A model generated the notes under the pieces. It was given only the letters and a program-made list of their open reading frames with translations, was not told the origin of the DNA and made no database searches. Made by a program: the position numbers and the translations under genes. A stretch of 64,000 nucleotides of DNA from Amoebophrya sp. A120 (taxonomy: Eukaryota; Protista; Dinoflagellata), in NCBI GenBank assembly GCA_905178155.1, contig CAJINV010000007.1:3366265-3430264 (forward strand). Direction: 5' to 3'. Positions 33,326 to 47,660 of the stretch are shown piece after piece; the stretch's first letter is position 1; the number at the start of each line of letters is the position of its first letter.

Positions 33326-36300
33326 ATGGTCTTTCCTGTCACAACGTCGTCGGGCACCGCTAAGGGTGCGCCAGCCTTCCAATCCGTGCTTCCAGGATCA
33401 AATGACAGCAGTTCTTCGAAGAGCCATGGCACATCAAATTCCCGGATCCAGCGAATACTTGACGCTGCAAAGCGCCCGAAAAGCCGGGATGGTGGAGGAG
33501 GAGCTGGAACCGCGAAGAGGGCGGTCGTGAGTGGGGAACAAGGGGTCGTCAAGTATGGAACTGTGGACAAAATTACATCTAGCGAGATTTTAACAACGAA
33601 GCTGAAGGAAAAGCAGGCAGGTGCTTCTAGTTTTCCCTACCCAGCGCCGCCCCCTCCTTCTTCTGTGGGGAGCAGCTACAAGACCGGTGGAGCGATGAAG
33701 CCGTCCTCTGCAGCCAAGCCATCAGCTGGAGCTGCTGGCTCCTCTTCCGCAACAACTCCCTCAACGAAGAAAACGACCCGTCCGGGAAGCCGGGATCAGA
33801 AATCCAGCGGTTCTCTGCGACATTTTATGTCTGTTTTGTCGTCCGGGTCCGGGATGCTAGGAAGTGCCGCCGCGGCAGGAGGGGGCTCTGCGGGCAGTAG
33901 AAATGCTTCTTCCAGCACCACCCCCGGTCAGAAAAGTAAAGCCGGAGCAGTGGTGGAGGCGAGCAAGGTGGACAACAAAGAGCAAGGCCGAGAAAGAGCA
34001 TCTTCGTCTGGCGTAGTCGGAGGTGGAACTACCAAGAAGATTGCGCAGCTCGAGCCGCTACTGGTCATACCGAACATTTCTTCTGCTGCGGCTGGTGCGA
34101 AGAAGGGCCAGGGGTCTTCATCTTCTTCGTCGAAGGCTGGAAAAAATAGGACTAGCACACCGAGCGAAATAAATGTGAAGAACCCCAGTCCTGCGGCACT
34201 ATTGAATCTGCTGAAATCTGCTTCCGGCAGCTCCAGCACGCCAGTGCCGGCGCCGATAGCAGGAACAAATCCAACAGCAGCCACAACTAGGAATAAAGGA
34301 AGTGCTACTGCTGCATCGCCGGGACCCCTGCTGCATAAAAAAACTGAAGACGCTCCTCCACCTCTCTTTCCACCCGCAAAGGGAAGCAGCACTGGCAGCG
34401 GCGCTTTAGAAAACAAGACGCATGAGCAATCTGCGAAAAGCAGCAAAGAAAGCAGCGTTCAACCCCCTGCGACGCGGCTGCCGAGGCGGCCGCGGTCGAG
34501 CAACCAGAAGAGGCGAGCGGCGTCGTCGAAAGACACGTCGTGCTCAAGTTCGTCGTGGAAGGAAGACGAGCTCCACGCGCCTTCTGTGCAGGAGGGGGAG
34601 GGTGCGGTGGAAGTAGAGGAGGAGGTAGGGAAAGTGGAAGAGGAAAGTACACAGTTGATGTGTATAGGTGGTAAACCGGCGACCACTACATTACCGCCTG
34701 CTGTAACTCCTGCCTCCACCGCAGCCACGACCGGCGCCAAGAAAATCGACGATGCGGATGAAACCACGAAGGACACGTCTGCAACAAGTTCTCCCGGAGC
34801 AGCTGCTGCGCCGTCAGTAACCACCGCTGCAACAGGCTTCGCGTTTGCGGATCGCGTGCTCGCCGCGTATTCCACGGCAAGGCCGAGTAGCGCAGGAAGG
34901 GGGAATGGGAGCCGGGGAAGGAGCAGGAAGCCAACTGAGGAACAAATTAAGGAACAGGCAGCGTCGATGGCCTCATCCTCTGCCAGCACTGGGGAAGTCG
35001 AAGTAGAAACAGAGATCAAAGGACAGGGGCAGGTGGAGCAGTCTTCCAAAATCAAGTCCCTGATTCCATCCCTTGACTTCAAGAAGGTAGCCGCCGTCGC
35101 GCCACCGGTTCCCGAGATTGTGATGCGGACGACGGAGGAAAGACAAAAATCAAAAACGCAGCATCAAGTTACTGCTGGTGCTGAACCCGCCACTTCATCA
35201 CCGACCGAAGCCGACGTCGAGCCTGACGTTGCTGTAAAGACCATGTCATCGATGATGAGTCAGGAGGATAAAAAACAAAAAACCACCTCAGTCGCGACGA
35301 CGCCGCACGCAGTGGCAACTGCGAGTGCTAGTACGGAAGAAGAGAAGGTGGTTGGCCTTGGCGCGAGCACGCACGTTGAAGAAGCAAAGAAGCCAAAAGA
35401 TGTAGTGAAGAAGGCTGATGGAGGAACTTCAAAACCTTCAAAGCCGGTCCGCGAAGCCTTCATCGACCATTTCCCACCACCGCCTGCGGATCTTCATGCG
35501 GAATTGATGGGCAGCAGCAGTGACTCATCGCCTCTGGGAAAAACATCCAGAGCTGCGGAAGATGGTCCAGCTGGAGTGGTCACTGGTGCTGGAGTCTCAT
35601 CTTCAAGCGAAGCCGACAAGAAAGCGGATGAACTGAAGATCGAGACCGTCACGACCGAGGACCTGCAGGACCGAAAAATAGATCTAGTTCTCGGAACTGT
35701 TCAAGATGTTCTTGTGACTGAGAATACTGGATCTGCAAGGAGCATAGGGAGCAAGGTACAACGACGGGATCTAGCGAGGACACCATCTTCAACTTCGACA
35801 CCGCCGAAGGGAGCTGCTGGTGCATCATCGGCGTCGAGGGCAAAGGGAGCTCAGGAACATCAAGAACATGATCAACAACAAGTCGACAAAGATGATTACA
35901 ACTCTCATAATTCTGCTTCCGCCGGTTCAAAAATAAGTTCGTCCCGAGTCAACAGTCTCCCCGGGTCGGAGCAGTACGACTCGATGCTGGACTCGATGCA
36001 GTTGTGCGAGATTGTGGATCCGAAAACCGGAATGCCAAAAATCGTCTCGAAACAGGAGGCAGCGAAAATCTACGCGACTTTGAACAACAACGCGTCCTCC
36101 GGCGCTGGGGTCCGAGGTGGAGCGGGCTCATCCGTCATGCGAACACGCGCGGGCACCGGAGGAGCAGGTGGGAGTGCTGCTGGAGGTACGACTTTTTACA
36201 CTGTCGTGCAATCGACAACGCGAGTTCTACTTTCATCTCTGAATAAACGTGAAAGTGCTTCTACATAGATCCAATCATCTAAACTTGATCCATACAACAG

Positions 36301-39300
36301 CTCGCGCCATCGCCCTGACCGCTGCGAAGCAACGCGAACTCGCCTCGCGGCAGCGCGAAGCGACGGAGCGGCTCGCGCTGCCGATAGCGCACCAGACCAA
36401 GCGACTCCAGCTCGGGACCACCACGGATTCGCGCCCCGGAACACCCGCCTGGGTGAGTAATCTCGTGAAGACCTCGCGAACCCGCGAGGAGGCCGCGCGC
36501 CGGGGCGTGGCACCCTCGCCGCCGAACGGTCGGCGGAAGAAATGGGACGAAAGCAGCCGGGTGGGCGGAAACAAAAAGAGAAAATACCCGCCCGGAACGC
36601 CTGGCGGAAGGTGCAGGTCGAGCGGACGGAGTGGCTACGGTTTTTCAAACGCGGAAAGGAGCCGGACGCCGACGTATTCAGGGTCGAGGATTGTCAATTC
36701 CGCTGGTGCTGCGATGAATAGCCGGGGTTTCACGTTTTACTCCGTTGATGCCAGCCCGAAAAGTCAACATTTTGGTGGCGAATACTACAACCAAATCGCT
36801 TCAGGTAACAAACTCCGACTGTGTTGTTTTTGTCGTGCGATTTCTTGCCACGTTATTGCGTACATTTTCAGGTTTTCATAATTTCCTTTTGTAGACTGCA
36901 TGAATGATTTCGAGTCATCTTTATTTCTATCGTCATTACGTTTACCTTGTTTACCTTTACGTACAAACTAAACCCAGACAACGCCTACTGGGTGCCTACC
37001 GCGGAAGAGAAGCGGCGGCAGGTCGCCTGGGAGAGGCACCACGCAGCGGAAGAGTCTGCGCGCAAGCGTGAAGAGGAGAGGAACGAGAAAATTGCTGAGT
37101 TGCTCAAGAACCTCGCGATTCACGGGGAAAGCGTGCGGCCAAAGCTTCCGCTCGAAAACGACATCAAAGTGGATGACGTTGGGGCGGAGGATGAGCTGGA
37201 TGAGGTAAAAATCAAAGTGCTCATAGTACAATGATCATGTTCATCATAATTGTTTTCTGGCAACATAGGCATGACCTCTAGATCAGCTGCATCATCTGTG
37301 TGATGCTCGACTGTGCCTCTGCTCTTGAAATGACACATACGTCTCATTCAGGCCGAGCAAGAGCGCATCCGGAGCAAAGTCCCCGCGCCGGCCCCACTTG
37401 ACGTCGAAGTGACACCCGACGACGAAGGAGACAATGGCACCACGGTGAAACCCCAAGCGACTACAGAGACGGCGGAAGTTGGTGCGAAAGCGGAGTCAAC
37501 CACAGAAAGCACTGCCACTGCGCATCAGCCACAGGAAGCCAAAATGAACCCAGAAGATGCGATTACCCCGAAGCCCATGGGCCTGCAGGAGAAACAAGTC
37601 ATCCGGAACCGCTTGCAGGAGGAGCTCCGAGCGTTGGAAGCGGGCGCGAGGGGGGATCAGCAGGACGAGAAGATGAAAGTAGGAAAAAATAACGCCGGCA
37701 AGAAAGAGATGAAATCAATGTCTTCATCGAAGGAGGGAAAAAAATCATCTTCCTCGTGTGATGAAGTTGAAGAGTCCGGAGATCATTCCGGGGTGAACAC
37801 CTACTCGTCTGAGTTCCTGTCAGAAGACAAGACAGAACAGGAGGGGCCTTCAGATAGAGATACAAAACTTAAGCAACAAAATCAAAGTGTTGCTCCTGCT
37901 GCTGACGCAGGTACTCTTGACAAGGAGAAAAAGACGAAAAAGGAGGTTGTAAAGGCGCAAGATAAAAAGCCGTCGTCCAGCAGTAGTTCGTGCTCGCCCG
38001 GATACACGACGCCGGAGGAAGATGAGGATGAAGCTTCGTCAGATTCGTCGCAGAGTTCTTCGTCGTCACCAATAAACCCGGACGAAGATGAAGGACCGGC
38101 GGACGAGAAGAGAACGTCGAAAACGAAAAACACCAAGCTTGGGTCGCCAAGCATTCTCCCGGAGAACGTGCATCGACACCAAATCGCGGCGGTCGAAGAT
38201 CTGGTGGCCCAAGCACGACTGCGGGCAAAGCAAAAAGCGGAGCAGCAATCATCGACAGACACGTTGAGCAGAGCAGGTTGGGAGATTTTTTGGATTCTTG
38301 TTTCTGTGTCACGTGGTGCAACATGAACATGATCGTGTTGAGAATTTTTTTAATATCAGCTTTTGCGTGCTCCTACTCCTTCAATCTCTGGTCCTGATAG
38401 ATCGCATTCATAATTGACGTTTTATTTTCCAGGTCCTGAAGACAAGGACGATGACGACGAGCAGCATGAGAGCAGTGCCACGACGAAGGGGGAGAACGAC
38501 GACGAGACCGAGGAGAAACCGCACGAGATTCCCCTGTACTGTAGATTTCTGCAGCCAACTGACCCGATCTACATGCAGTCGAAGGCGTTCGATCCCAATT
38601 CGGTATTTTTGCTTGGGTCTTGTCTCCATCTGTGTTCTTGTCGATTATGTTCAGTCTTCTCGACTACTACAAGCAGCCAGTTCTTTCTGATGTTGTCCCT
38701 GTCATGCATCATTGCGAAATCTTATCGTTGTATGTATTCTTTGACTTGCCAGTACCAGTACTTACGCATGTACACTACATGTTCTGCAACTGCAACTCGG
38801 GATGTTGAACGCTACGCCCCTTGTAAAAAAACCGAACCCGCACCAGGTCCCCGCCACGTCGCTGATGAAGCTGCTGAATCAGTCTGGCACCTGGTACCAC
38901 GAGGATCCCTTCGACCAACCGCCGAAGGATACCCGTTGTCTGTGCCGGGATTTGAACGAATCATTTATCTGGGTGGAAGACGACCTTCCGGATTCAGATG
39001 ACGGTGCGGAGCACGGCGAATACCCCGAGGGCTTGCCGCCGGGTATGAGTCCCGAAGAGTACGAGGAGATGATGCGCATGCTATCAAATGTATAAATGTC
39101 TGGGTCTGGAAGAATGGAAGGCTTGTCATGCTTGTCTGGCATGACCCATGATGCTTGTAATGCATGACCCAGCATGACAGATTTTTGGAAAGCTTCCTGA
39201 TGCCATTTCCGCATGACAAATTCCCTCCTCGCGTAGCACAAATGTGGCTCCTCTTGCTGGTCATGCAATACAGATTTTTTTAGAGTCCAAAGTTAGCATC

Positions 39301-39685
39301 ACAAGTTCCAACTTTCCAGACCCAGACATTTTTACATTTGATACATGCAGTACTACCACGAAATGGAGCAGCGCGGGATGGTATCAAATGTAAAAATGTC
39401 TGGGTCTGGAAGATTCCGGAATTTGTGATGCATCTTTCGTATGATCCACGACGCATGTAATGCATGATCTAGCATACAGATTTTTAGAGGGCTTGCTGAT
39501 GCCTATTCCGCATGAGAAATGCCCTCTCCGCGTAACACAAACTGGAGGCCTGTTGCTGGTCACGCAATACAGATTTTTTTGGAATCCAAAGACAGCATGA
39601 CAAGTTGCAATCTTCCAGCCCCAGACATTTTTGCAATCCATAGATGGGGGTCGGCGGGCCGCCCAGGCGCGCGGTGAGTTTCTAA
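33326..39685 (+). CDS. Large low-complexity hypothetical protein (~8 exons)
   Basis: In-phase GT-AG introns 36186-36300, 36805-36977, 37205-37351 and 38277-38432; an ambiguous intron at ~38587-38812; two introners at 39082 and 39382. Confidence 0.65.
39082..39343. mobile_element. Introner, family 1 (TIR TATCAAATGTA...), 5-bp direct repeat CATGC
   Basis: Long TIRs; CATGC at 39077-39081 and 39344-39348; removal gives MRMQYYH in frame. Confidence 0.9.
39382..39642. mobile_element. Introner, family 1, 5-bp direct repeat GATGG
   Basis: Same TIR; GATGG at 39377-39381 and 39643-39647; removal gives QRGMGVGG in frame. Confidence 0.88.
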
Positions 39686-41845
39686 CGGTTTGAAAGTCAA
39701 CATCATTTGCGATTCAAAACTAAAGATATGAGTATGACACGTCTTCGCAGGAGGTCAGACTCAGATACAACAGAAATAGGAATTTATAGACTTTTTTGTT
39801 TGATGTGGTCCCTGTGGCGAAGGGTGATAAAGACGGTAGCATTGATTTCTATCGAAAAAATTGGTGACTAACTACAAAAATACTTACAAGTAATCTATCC
39901 GTTTATTTAAGTCCGTTTCGAGTAAGCTTGCTTGCTTATGCTTTTCGTTTTCGAAATAGTTATGGAGAGGATGAAGATCTTGCAGTGGCGGGGAAAAGGC
40001 ATAACTGGGAAAGCGATACTGAATCCTGAGAATAAGTGATGAGCGAGCAACATGTTGTGCTGTCAGAAGTTCTTGCAAACTCTACGTTGACACGACCACT
40101 TGTAGCTGAGCTTTTTCTCTTGGCTCTTCCCGCAGTAGATTCTCTAGCAGTAAAGAGTAACGGCCACTTTTGCTGGTCCATAGTTTTTTAGTAGGCGATG
40201 TAAAAGAAGTTTACACTGGAGAGAAGTCTTGAATATTGTCCTTGAGTCTAGATCTACTACTTCTTTATCTTTTTCGCAGCGATCGTCATTTATTTTGCGT
40301 TTCGCTTTTGTTCGTTTTCAGTTCTTAGGCGTTATTTCTTCGCATTGCTGTCTACCCGTTACCTGGCTTGAACAAGGAATTTAACCAGATGTATTTTCGC
40401 TGCTATCGCGACTTTGAGCTGCGCGTTTGTTGATATGATGTGCTTTCTTGTGGTATTTCTACGTGGTGTTGCTGTTGTATGTTGTTCTCAAGTATATGTG
40501 GACTTCCTGCACTGTTGTAGGGGCAATCGAGCTATTTCTGAAAATAGTTTTCTGGTCAATCAAAAAAGAAAGCTAGCAAAGAGTGCGTTGAATTTGTATG
40601 CTGCAAAGGAGCATTCTTGTGGACGACGCGAGGATGAGATTCACGGCAGTGTTGCCGTCGTGAGGAGGCACATGAGCAGACCACTTCCAAAAGGTTGGCA
40701 CGGGGACCGAGGTCGTGCCAGCCACCTCAAAGTCAGAAGTGCCACGCCAGGGGACAGTTTCGTCGCTGTTCTTCAACATGTTCGAGATTTTTAGAAAGCC
40801 CATGAGCGTGGAGGATGCTTGTTCTTTCCTAATCGTAATCCATGATGAGGCTCATCAAGTGCGCAAGATCATGTGTCGTGTGTAACCTGACATGCTATTC
40901 GTCATCTCGCCCAGGTGCAAGTCGTGGTTCTTGTCGTAGATGAAGTTGTGCAGCTCTAGCAAAAGATGCAGCGTCGCGCAGGATCAAGATCGCAGACACA
41001 CAGTGTTAACGTGGGCAGACAATGATCAAATTCAAAACAAATAGCAGATCAAAGCCATTCATTCCTCGTACACGGCAACAGCTTTGCGAATAATCTCGTG
41101 GGAGTCGAGGGCAGTGGCACCAAACACAGATCGCTCCCTCTGACGTTTCGTTGCTCGAATCGTTTTCGTAATTTCCATTTATACCATTTCGTTCTTGATA
41201 GAAGCGCGCGGGTCGATCAGGAAGAGCAGAGCAACTGCTTGCAACTCGCGAGAACAGACCGAGGCTAATCTTTGTGCTTTTTCTAACGCTTGTTCCTTCG
41301 GAGGAACTACTGCGTACTATTCGGAGCACGAGCACCTCGACGTTGAACTAGAAATTGTGCTCGAAATATCTTTTCGATTCGGGTCGACGTACTTAGCCAC
41401 ATCAAGCATCGGGATCTTCATACTTGTGTCATTTCTTTCACCAAACAAGAGAACTACACCTGTTCTCGTGCAGCATCGGAGTAGAAGCTGTTGGATCCAA
41501 CGATTTTAAAAGTAGCGCTGAGGTCCGTGGTTTTTCCGACTAGTCAAGAAGAGGACTGTTTGTCACTTTCTTTCGTTTTATTCGTTGATCCATAGATGTT
41601 TCACAACGACAGCGACACAGAAAGTTGTATTCTGAATCTGGTGAAGAGTACTCAGGATATTCGATATTAGATTGTAGTTGTAGCTAATCGCACCAGGAGG
41701 TGGATTTTTAGATCAAGTTCTGGTAGAAGTGAACGCCCCCTGTGAGCATTGTTCTTGTTGATAAAGCTCTACAAAGCAGACGGTCTTCACCCTCAACAGA
41801 CAATTAAGACACAGAAGTACAACCTCACCTACCGACAACCCAACT

Positions 41846-44800
41846 ATGGACAACTTTCTTTGTATCTTGCTCCTCTGGGCGGTCGCACTGTACATCCTGT
41901 TAATTCCGATCGTTCGGTCCGTGACGAAGTACCGGTTTTCTTCCTACGAGGCCCCGGTCACGCCCACGGTTGGCGGGCAGTACAGCTTCAACCAAGTGGA
42001 CAACTTCGACCTGGCGCAACGCCGGAAACAGGTGGTGCTCCGCGCCTACAGCGACTTGGCCGTCGCCTTTCTCCTCCTGATCGCAACCCAATGGCTCGCC
42101 CAGCCCGTGCGGTCCTCCGCTTTTCAGCGGCACGTGAGCCCGGCGGAGGAGAGCCACGCGAAGGAAATTTCGACACTGGTGATGATTCCCACAGTTTTGA
42201 CCTACAGTGTCCTGGCCAGTCTGCTGCAGAACCAGAAAAAGCTGATCTTCTACGTGTGCGTGTTCTACGGGGTGGTCTTCGTTTTGTTCGCGACCTACTT
42301 GGTCTACCTAGACCTGCACGAGGACGGGCAGGCGCTGCTGCACGACCACACGCACTCGAATTCCCTGCAAAAGGAGCTGCACGGGAGTAGCAACAGTCTG
42401 CGGAGCATCCACGGGGCAGAGTCGGTCCAGAGCCACCACTTTTTCCTGTTCTCCGGCAACTGGAAGAGGTTTTGGATGTACGTTTTGTACGCCGTGATCG
42501 ACACGAAAGCGGGCCTGGCGCTCTCCATGGTCTGGTCGTGCGCCCACTTGCTGTTCAAAGAGCAGCAAACGAATGCGACCACGGGCACCTCCTCCTCCTT
42601 CTGCTCCACGTTTATGAAGGCGTCGATTGTTTACCCGTACCTGAATTTCTGGTGCCAGATCGGCGGGACGCTGGGCGCCTTGGGCGGGGTCCTGACCAAA
42701 ACGCTGCAGATTCCCATCGCGGGCACGGAGAAAATCATCACTGGGTCCTCGGTTCTGTACTTTTTTCTCGGGTTCGGCACTCTATTAGTGCCCTACTTCG
42801 CGATCCCGGCGTTCAAGGCGCTGGAGCGGGTGCAGCGGGAGGAGAGCGGGCTGACTAGGTTGTCCTCTTCCTCCAGCGATTTTGGGCAGCCGGACGATTT
42901 TAGGGAAGACAAGGACCAACAGAGAGGGTTTGGTGCTGGAGGAGCATCGTCTTTATCGCCTATGGACCCGAAGAAAGTTTATCCAAGTGGAAGGGCTCCG
43001 AAGATTGAGTATAGTTCACCCTACAACACCGGAGAGCAAAACTCTGAGCAGGATTTGCACCTCCGAGCAAACCGGACTAAGGAGAGCAATTACGCAATGA
43101 ACTCTTCGCCAAAAGAACAGGAGCTGCATCACTACGGCTCTGGATCTGCTCCATCTTCGGGAATAGCAGGAGATCCCGGTGAAGACCAGGGGGAGCACGA
43201 GGGACTGCTTAGCGGATACAACACTAGGGGATCTCCGTATCAGTACCAGAATTCTAGTGCGCGGACCATTAACCAGAATCGGATAGATCTGGAGGCCGGG
43301 ATGGTGTCAAGTAGTACCTCGCTCAATAACCAGCATCAAACGTCGCAATCCCGATCCAGACCCCATTCCCCCGACACCCTGCTTCCCCCGGCGACAATTT
43401 CTCCTGCGGACGGTTCTTCATCTCTCAACGCAGCATCGTCACCCAAGAGGACTTTCCGCCAAGCGTGCTACGAGACATGGAAGCAGTCTACGGAGGGCCT
43501 GCACGTGCTCCTGACCAACCGCTACGTCTTCCTCATCTGGATTTGTTCCAGTGGGCACTTGGCGATCCGCACGCTGTTGGAATTGCAGGGATCTGTCCTG
43601 GTTTCCTACGTCCACCAATACCCCGCAGATGACGGGTTGTCCCTCAAAGGCCCAAATCCGAAGAAGGTCGGCGACAATCGGACGAAATTGATTTCCGCGA
43701 TGCTGTTACTCAACGGGGTTCTGTCCGCGGCGGTGTCCTTTTGCGGCACTTCGGCTTTGGTGAAGGAGTACGGCATCGCGAAAATTCTTCGGGTCAACCC
43801 GATCTGCTGCTTCGCCATGCTGGGTGTGTTCTGCTCCTTCGCCATGCTCAGCGAGCGACAGGGCTTCGTGACCGTCAACGAGACTTTGCGGCTGACCCGA
43901 CCGCAGGTGGAGTGGAACGACAATGTGGTGTTGACGAGGTTTCACGACCATACACGACATGAAGATAGCCAAAATGATCACTGGCACGACGACGAAGAAG
44001 ACGAAGCCTCCCAGCACGACGCTTTCCAGGAAGCCCGCGCTCTCGCCGTGGACCCGCCGGCCTCCCAGGTGCACGAACTGACTGCCGACGGGATTATCCA
44101 TTTGCAGGGATGCGGCAGCTCGTCAGTCTCGGATCTGCAGAGATTAATACAACTCGCGGCGCAGAAAGCGCAGCGGGAGGATGCGGAGAGAAGATGGGGA
44201 GGACGACCTACAGGAGACTCCACGTCTTCAACGAAAGAGATCATGAACAGCAGATATCTTCATCGCAACAAGCGCTTTCTTGCTGCGTTTAGTTGGCGGG
44301 ACCCGGCAACAAACGACCTGACGAACTTCTTCCAGTTGAAGCAGTGTCACAGCGCAGACTACGTAGAGAGCGAGCTGGCGAAAAGGGAGATCATGGACCC
44401 GCGCGGTGGCGGTCTGGTAGCGGCGGCGAAATTGTCGTCTTCTTCCCCCCTGTTAGCCGAGGAACTCGGGGAAGAGGAGCTCTCCGCCCTGGATCAAGAG
44501 CAACAGCGGCTGCAAGCGGCACCGGTGACGCAAGACCTGTCTTCGTGTCGCAAGCTTTGCGCGGACCGGTTTCCGCTCTGCAACCACGTGTCGTTGAATA
44601 TGGCGCTCTCAAACGTTACATTCTCAACTGTTACGTGATTTGTCATAAAAATTTACAATCAGAGTCGACACGATCAAGGTGCTTCGCATGGCAAATTCTT
44701 GAAATGCCAAACAGGCTGACAATCTGCGCCAACTCTGTCATGCAAGGCGCGCAAAGTCACCTCGTTCACTTTTTCCATTCTTGCATCACAAATTTATGTG

Positions 44801-46670
44801 GAAAGGTGCCCTATGGGTTGCGTTTGTGGTTTCGGTTGGTTTAGCATCACAAATTTATGTAACACTTGAGAATGTAACAGTTGAAAACGCCATATTGAAT
44901 CGCGAGACGAGGTTGTGCCGCTTTTTCCACGTGAATGATGACGAGGAGGAAACAATAACAAGTAGTGCCATAGGACAGTATCATCAGGCGTCACCAGCAA
45001 GCACCACTCCAGCCTTTGGGGACACTGATTCCGCCACAGCAACTGCTGCTCTCCTGCGGAGTCACCAGCGTTGCCAGGCGGTGAAAAATCGACACATGGA
45101 AACGACGGGGCAGTCCTCTGTAAACGACGAGAAGCACCAATTTTACGAGATGCGGCCGAAATGTGGGTTCCGTGACATGGTCCGGGACGCGGAGCTCGGC
45201 GGTGCCGCCGGGGTAATATTAGTGAACCCTGGGACAAGAAGACGAGTGGAAAAGATCGCGACTGGTGCTGGGACATCGAGAACAAATTCTGCTGTTCTTG
45301 ACGGTCAAAGTCCAGAAACAGGTTCGGAAATCGACGCACCCTCGATTCTGACGCTGTTCGTTTCCGAAGGGGAGTACGAGCAGCACTTCAAACAGCACGA
45401 AGTTCTTTCGTCAGGGACCACTAGCGGTAGTGGGAGCTCAGTAGGATTGTCAAGAGGTCTAGCTTCAACATCGTCCGGCACTGGCAGCAACATGCTGCAG
45501 CCAAACACCGGGCCGCGCGCAGATCTGTTAACCACGGATTACCAGCAATTGCAGAGCTACAACTCACCTGGATCGTATCATGGTTCTGGTTCTGGTGCTT
45601 TCAATACCCCTAAAAGCGCAAGGGCCTACCGAGATCGTGGCACGGGCCCAATGACAGCGTTTATGGAGATAGGGCATGAGGAGCAGCAAGGAAATCATAA
45701 CTACCTGCACAGGTGGTCAGCATCTTCCGAGAATGGCGGGGAAACGGATCTGGCTTCCGCAGCGCGCGATTTTCAAGAGGCACCACCACGGATTGTAGCA
45801 AATCTCGCGGAATCACAAGCACCGCCCTCGTCCTTCATGTCCTTGATGACAGCGCTGCAGACAACCACCGGACTAGATTTTTCCAAAACTACTGGCAGCC
45901 TTGAACAGGACCACGAGCTCAATGAAATCTCCGACCCCCCACGAATCCGCATCACGCGCACCCCCGGCCGACACTACTTGACCAACGCCCTCTCCACCCA
46001 TTTCGGCCTGAACTCTTCCCCCTGGCTATCGTACTACGCGCTCTTCGTGATTTGCTCGCTGTGCTCCATTGTAATGAACGTGTTTGTTTTCGCGATCAAC
46101 AATCCGATGGTAGAGGTCTTGTACCTGCAAACCTCCAAGGTCGCAAAGGTGAAGGCGAAATCCTGGATCAGCGCGTTCGGCTCGAACCTGATTCGCGCCC
46201 TGGGAAACCGGGTCAACACGGTCTGCAACTCGCCGATATTTGACCCCTTCTCCTCGGTTTTCTTCTCGTCGATCTGGTTCCTCGGCTGGTTCGCCGCCTG
46301 CACGGAGTGCGGACATCTACACAATCACCAGCAGGTGCTGGGTGGTAGCGCTGGAATTGGGACGAAAATGACGGGGGGCGGGGGAGGTGGGGCTGGTGGT
46401 GGTAGGTTTGATGACGTGCTGACTGCTGCCGCTGGATCTTCTCCCGCGACGGTCGAGAAAACAACTACCAAGGGAGGTTCTTTTGAACCACAAACATTTG
46501 CGCAAAGTGGAAAGCGATTTGGCAGTCCGAATACGAACTTTGAGCAAAACCAGCTCTACCGACGAGAACAGAGCTTGCAGTCCATGACTCGTGGAGGTGT
46601 GACGATAGAGCAACATCAGGAGACAAAGATCGTCACCGGAAAAAGCCACGACCATTTTGCAGTTAGATAG
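41846..46670 (+). CDS. NTT/TLC-like (ATP:ADP antiporter family, MFS fold) transporter with inserted PAN-like and PA-like domains (~1507 aa; exons 41846-44598 and 44900-46670)
   Basis: Multiple TM segments. Family-like motifs VWSCAH...YPYLNFWCQIGGTLG and FAINNPMVEVLYLQTSKVAKVKAKSWISAFG. The loop contains CRKLC...CNHVSLNRETRLCRF and RPKCGFRDMVRDAELGGAAGVILVN. Confidence 0.7.
44599..44894. mobile_element. Introner, family 2 (TIR TATGGCGYTCTCAAACGTTAC), 5-bp direct repeat TTGAA
   Basis: TTGAA at 44594-44598 and 44895-44899; removal gives VSLNRETR in frame. Confidence 0.9.
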
Positions 46671-47660
46671 CGCCTGGATGCAGCCAGCTGTCGTGTGGCG
46701 ATATATGATAGACCTCTGGACACGAACAAGACCCAGTTCCGTTTGCTGATGCTCTTTTCGTCGTCTAATTGTGCTGCATTCACAGCACAGGAAGATAAAT
46801 ATCACATCTATTCTGCTCGAACTCGATTCCACGAGGATTTCCACTCCTTTGTGTGTACCTTGTACTTCTCAACCGCATACAATATGTATCAACAATTTCA
46901 ATCGCTCCTAGATTTCAACCTACTTAGGTGCAGGTACGACCTCTTATGGACCTGAATCTGCCACTCTCTATGATGATGTACTTGTATCTATGTGCAGCGA
47001 GTCCGGCTTTTTACTCTTATGCAGTGCTTCGCGTTCGCCTTCGCTCACACTGGACTGTCCCACTCGACGCAGCCGTAGTACCCTGAGATCGCTATACCTG
47101 ATGTACTTGCCCCTTGAATGAAATGACTTTGAACGCTATACCGTTTTATTACATCTGAAATCTGAAATTGTTATATGTATGATCACCATCACCGAGACCG
47201 ATGAACAAGCAAAAGAGCCGACGAGCAACTGTTTGCGAATCGATCCTTTCTGCCCTCCACTACCAGCAGGAGGCACTCACTTTGGAGGTTGCGGGATACC
47301 GTATTTGTTTTTGTTCTTCTTCCCGCACCATTTTTTGAGATAGAACGAAGTTGCATGCCCTTCGAGGATTTTTGTAAAGAAGATCAAGGTTGACGTTGAG
47401 ACAGGAGAGAATTCATCTTGTCGGAATCTCCTTCCACCTTCGCTTCTGTGTTTACTTATGTGTTCTTGTCATGCTTCTCTCGGGCGGAAGTTGAAGTTCG
47501 TCGCACCAAGTAGAGCACAAAGCCATGAAATGGCGGTAGTTGTAGTAGTTTGAAAATTCATCTTCGGTCTTCTCGGGAAAGAAACTCAGATTCGGTGCTC
47601 AAGGAATTATCCGTCTTCCCCACGCGGCGGCAGCCCGCCGCACCGCTTTGACTGCCCAAG

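Noticed and set aside
38585-38812. Seventh TAT...ATA introner
   Set aside because: Only a short GCGTTC/GAACGC inverted repeat with no 5-bp duplication; the boundaries are ambiguous.
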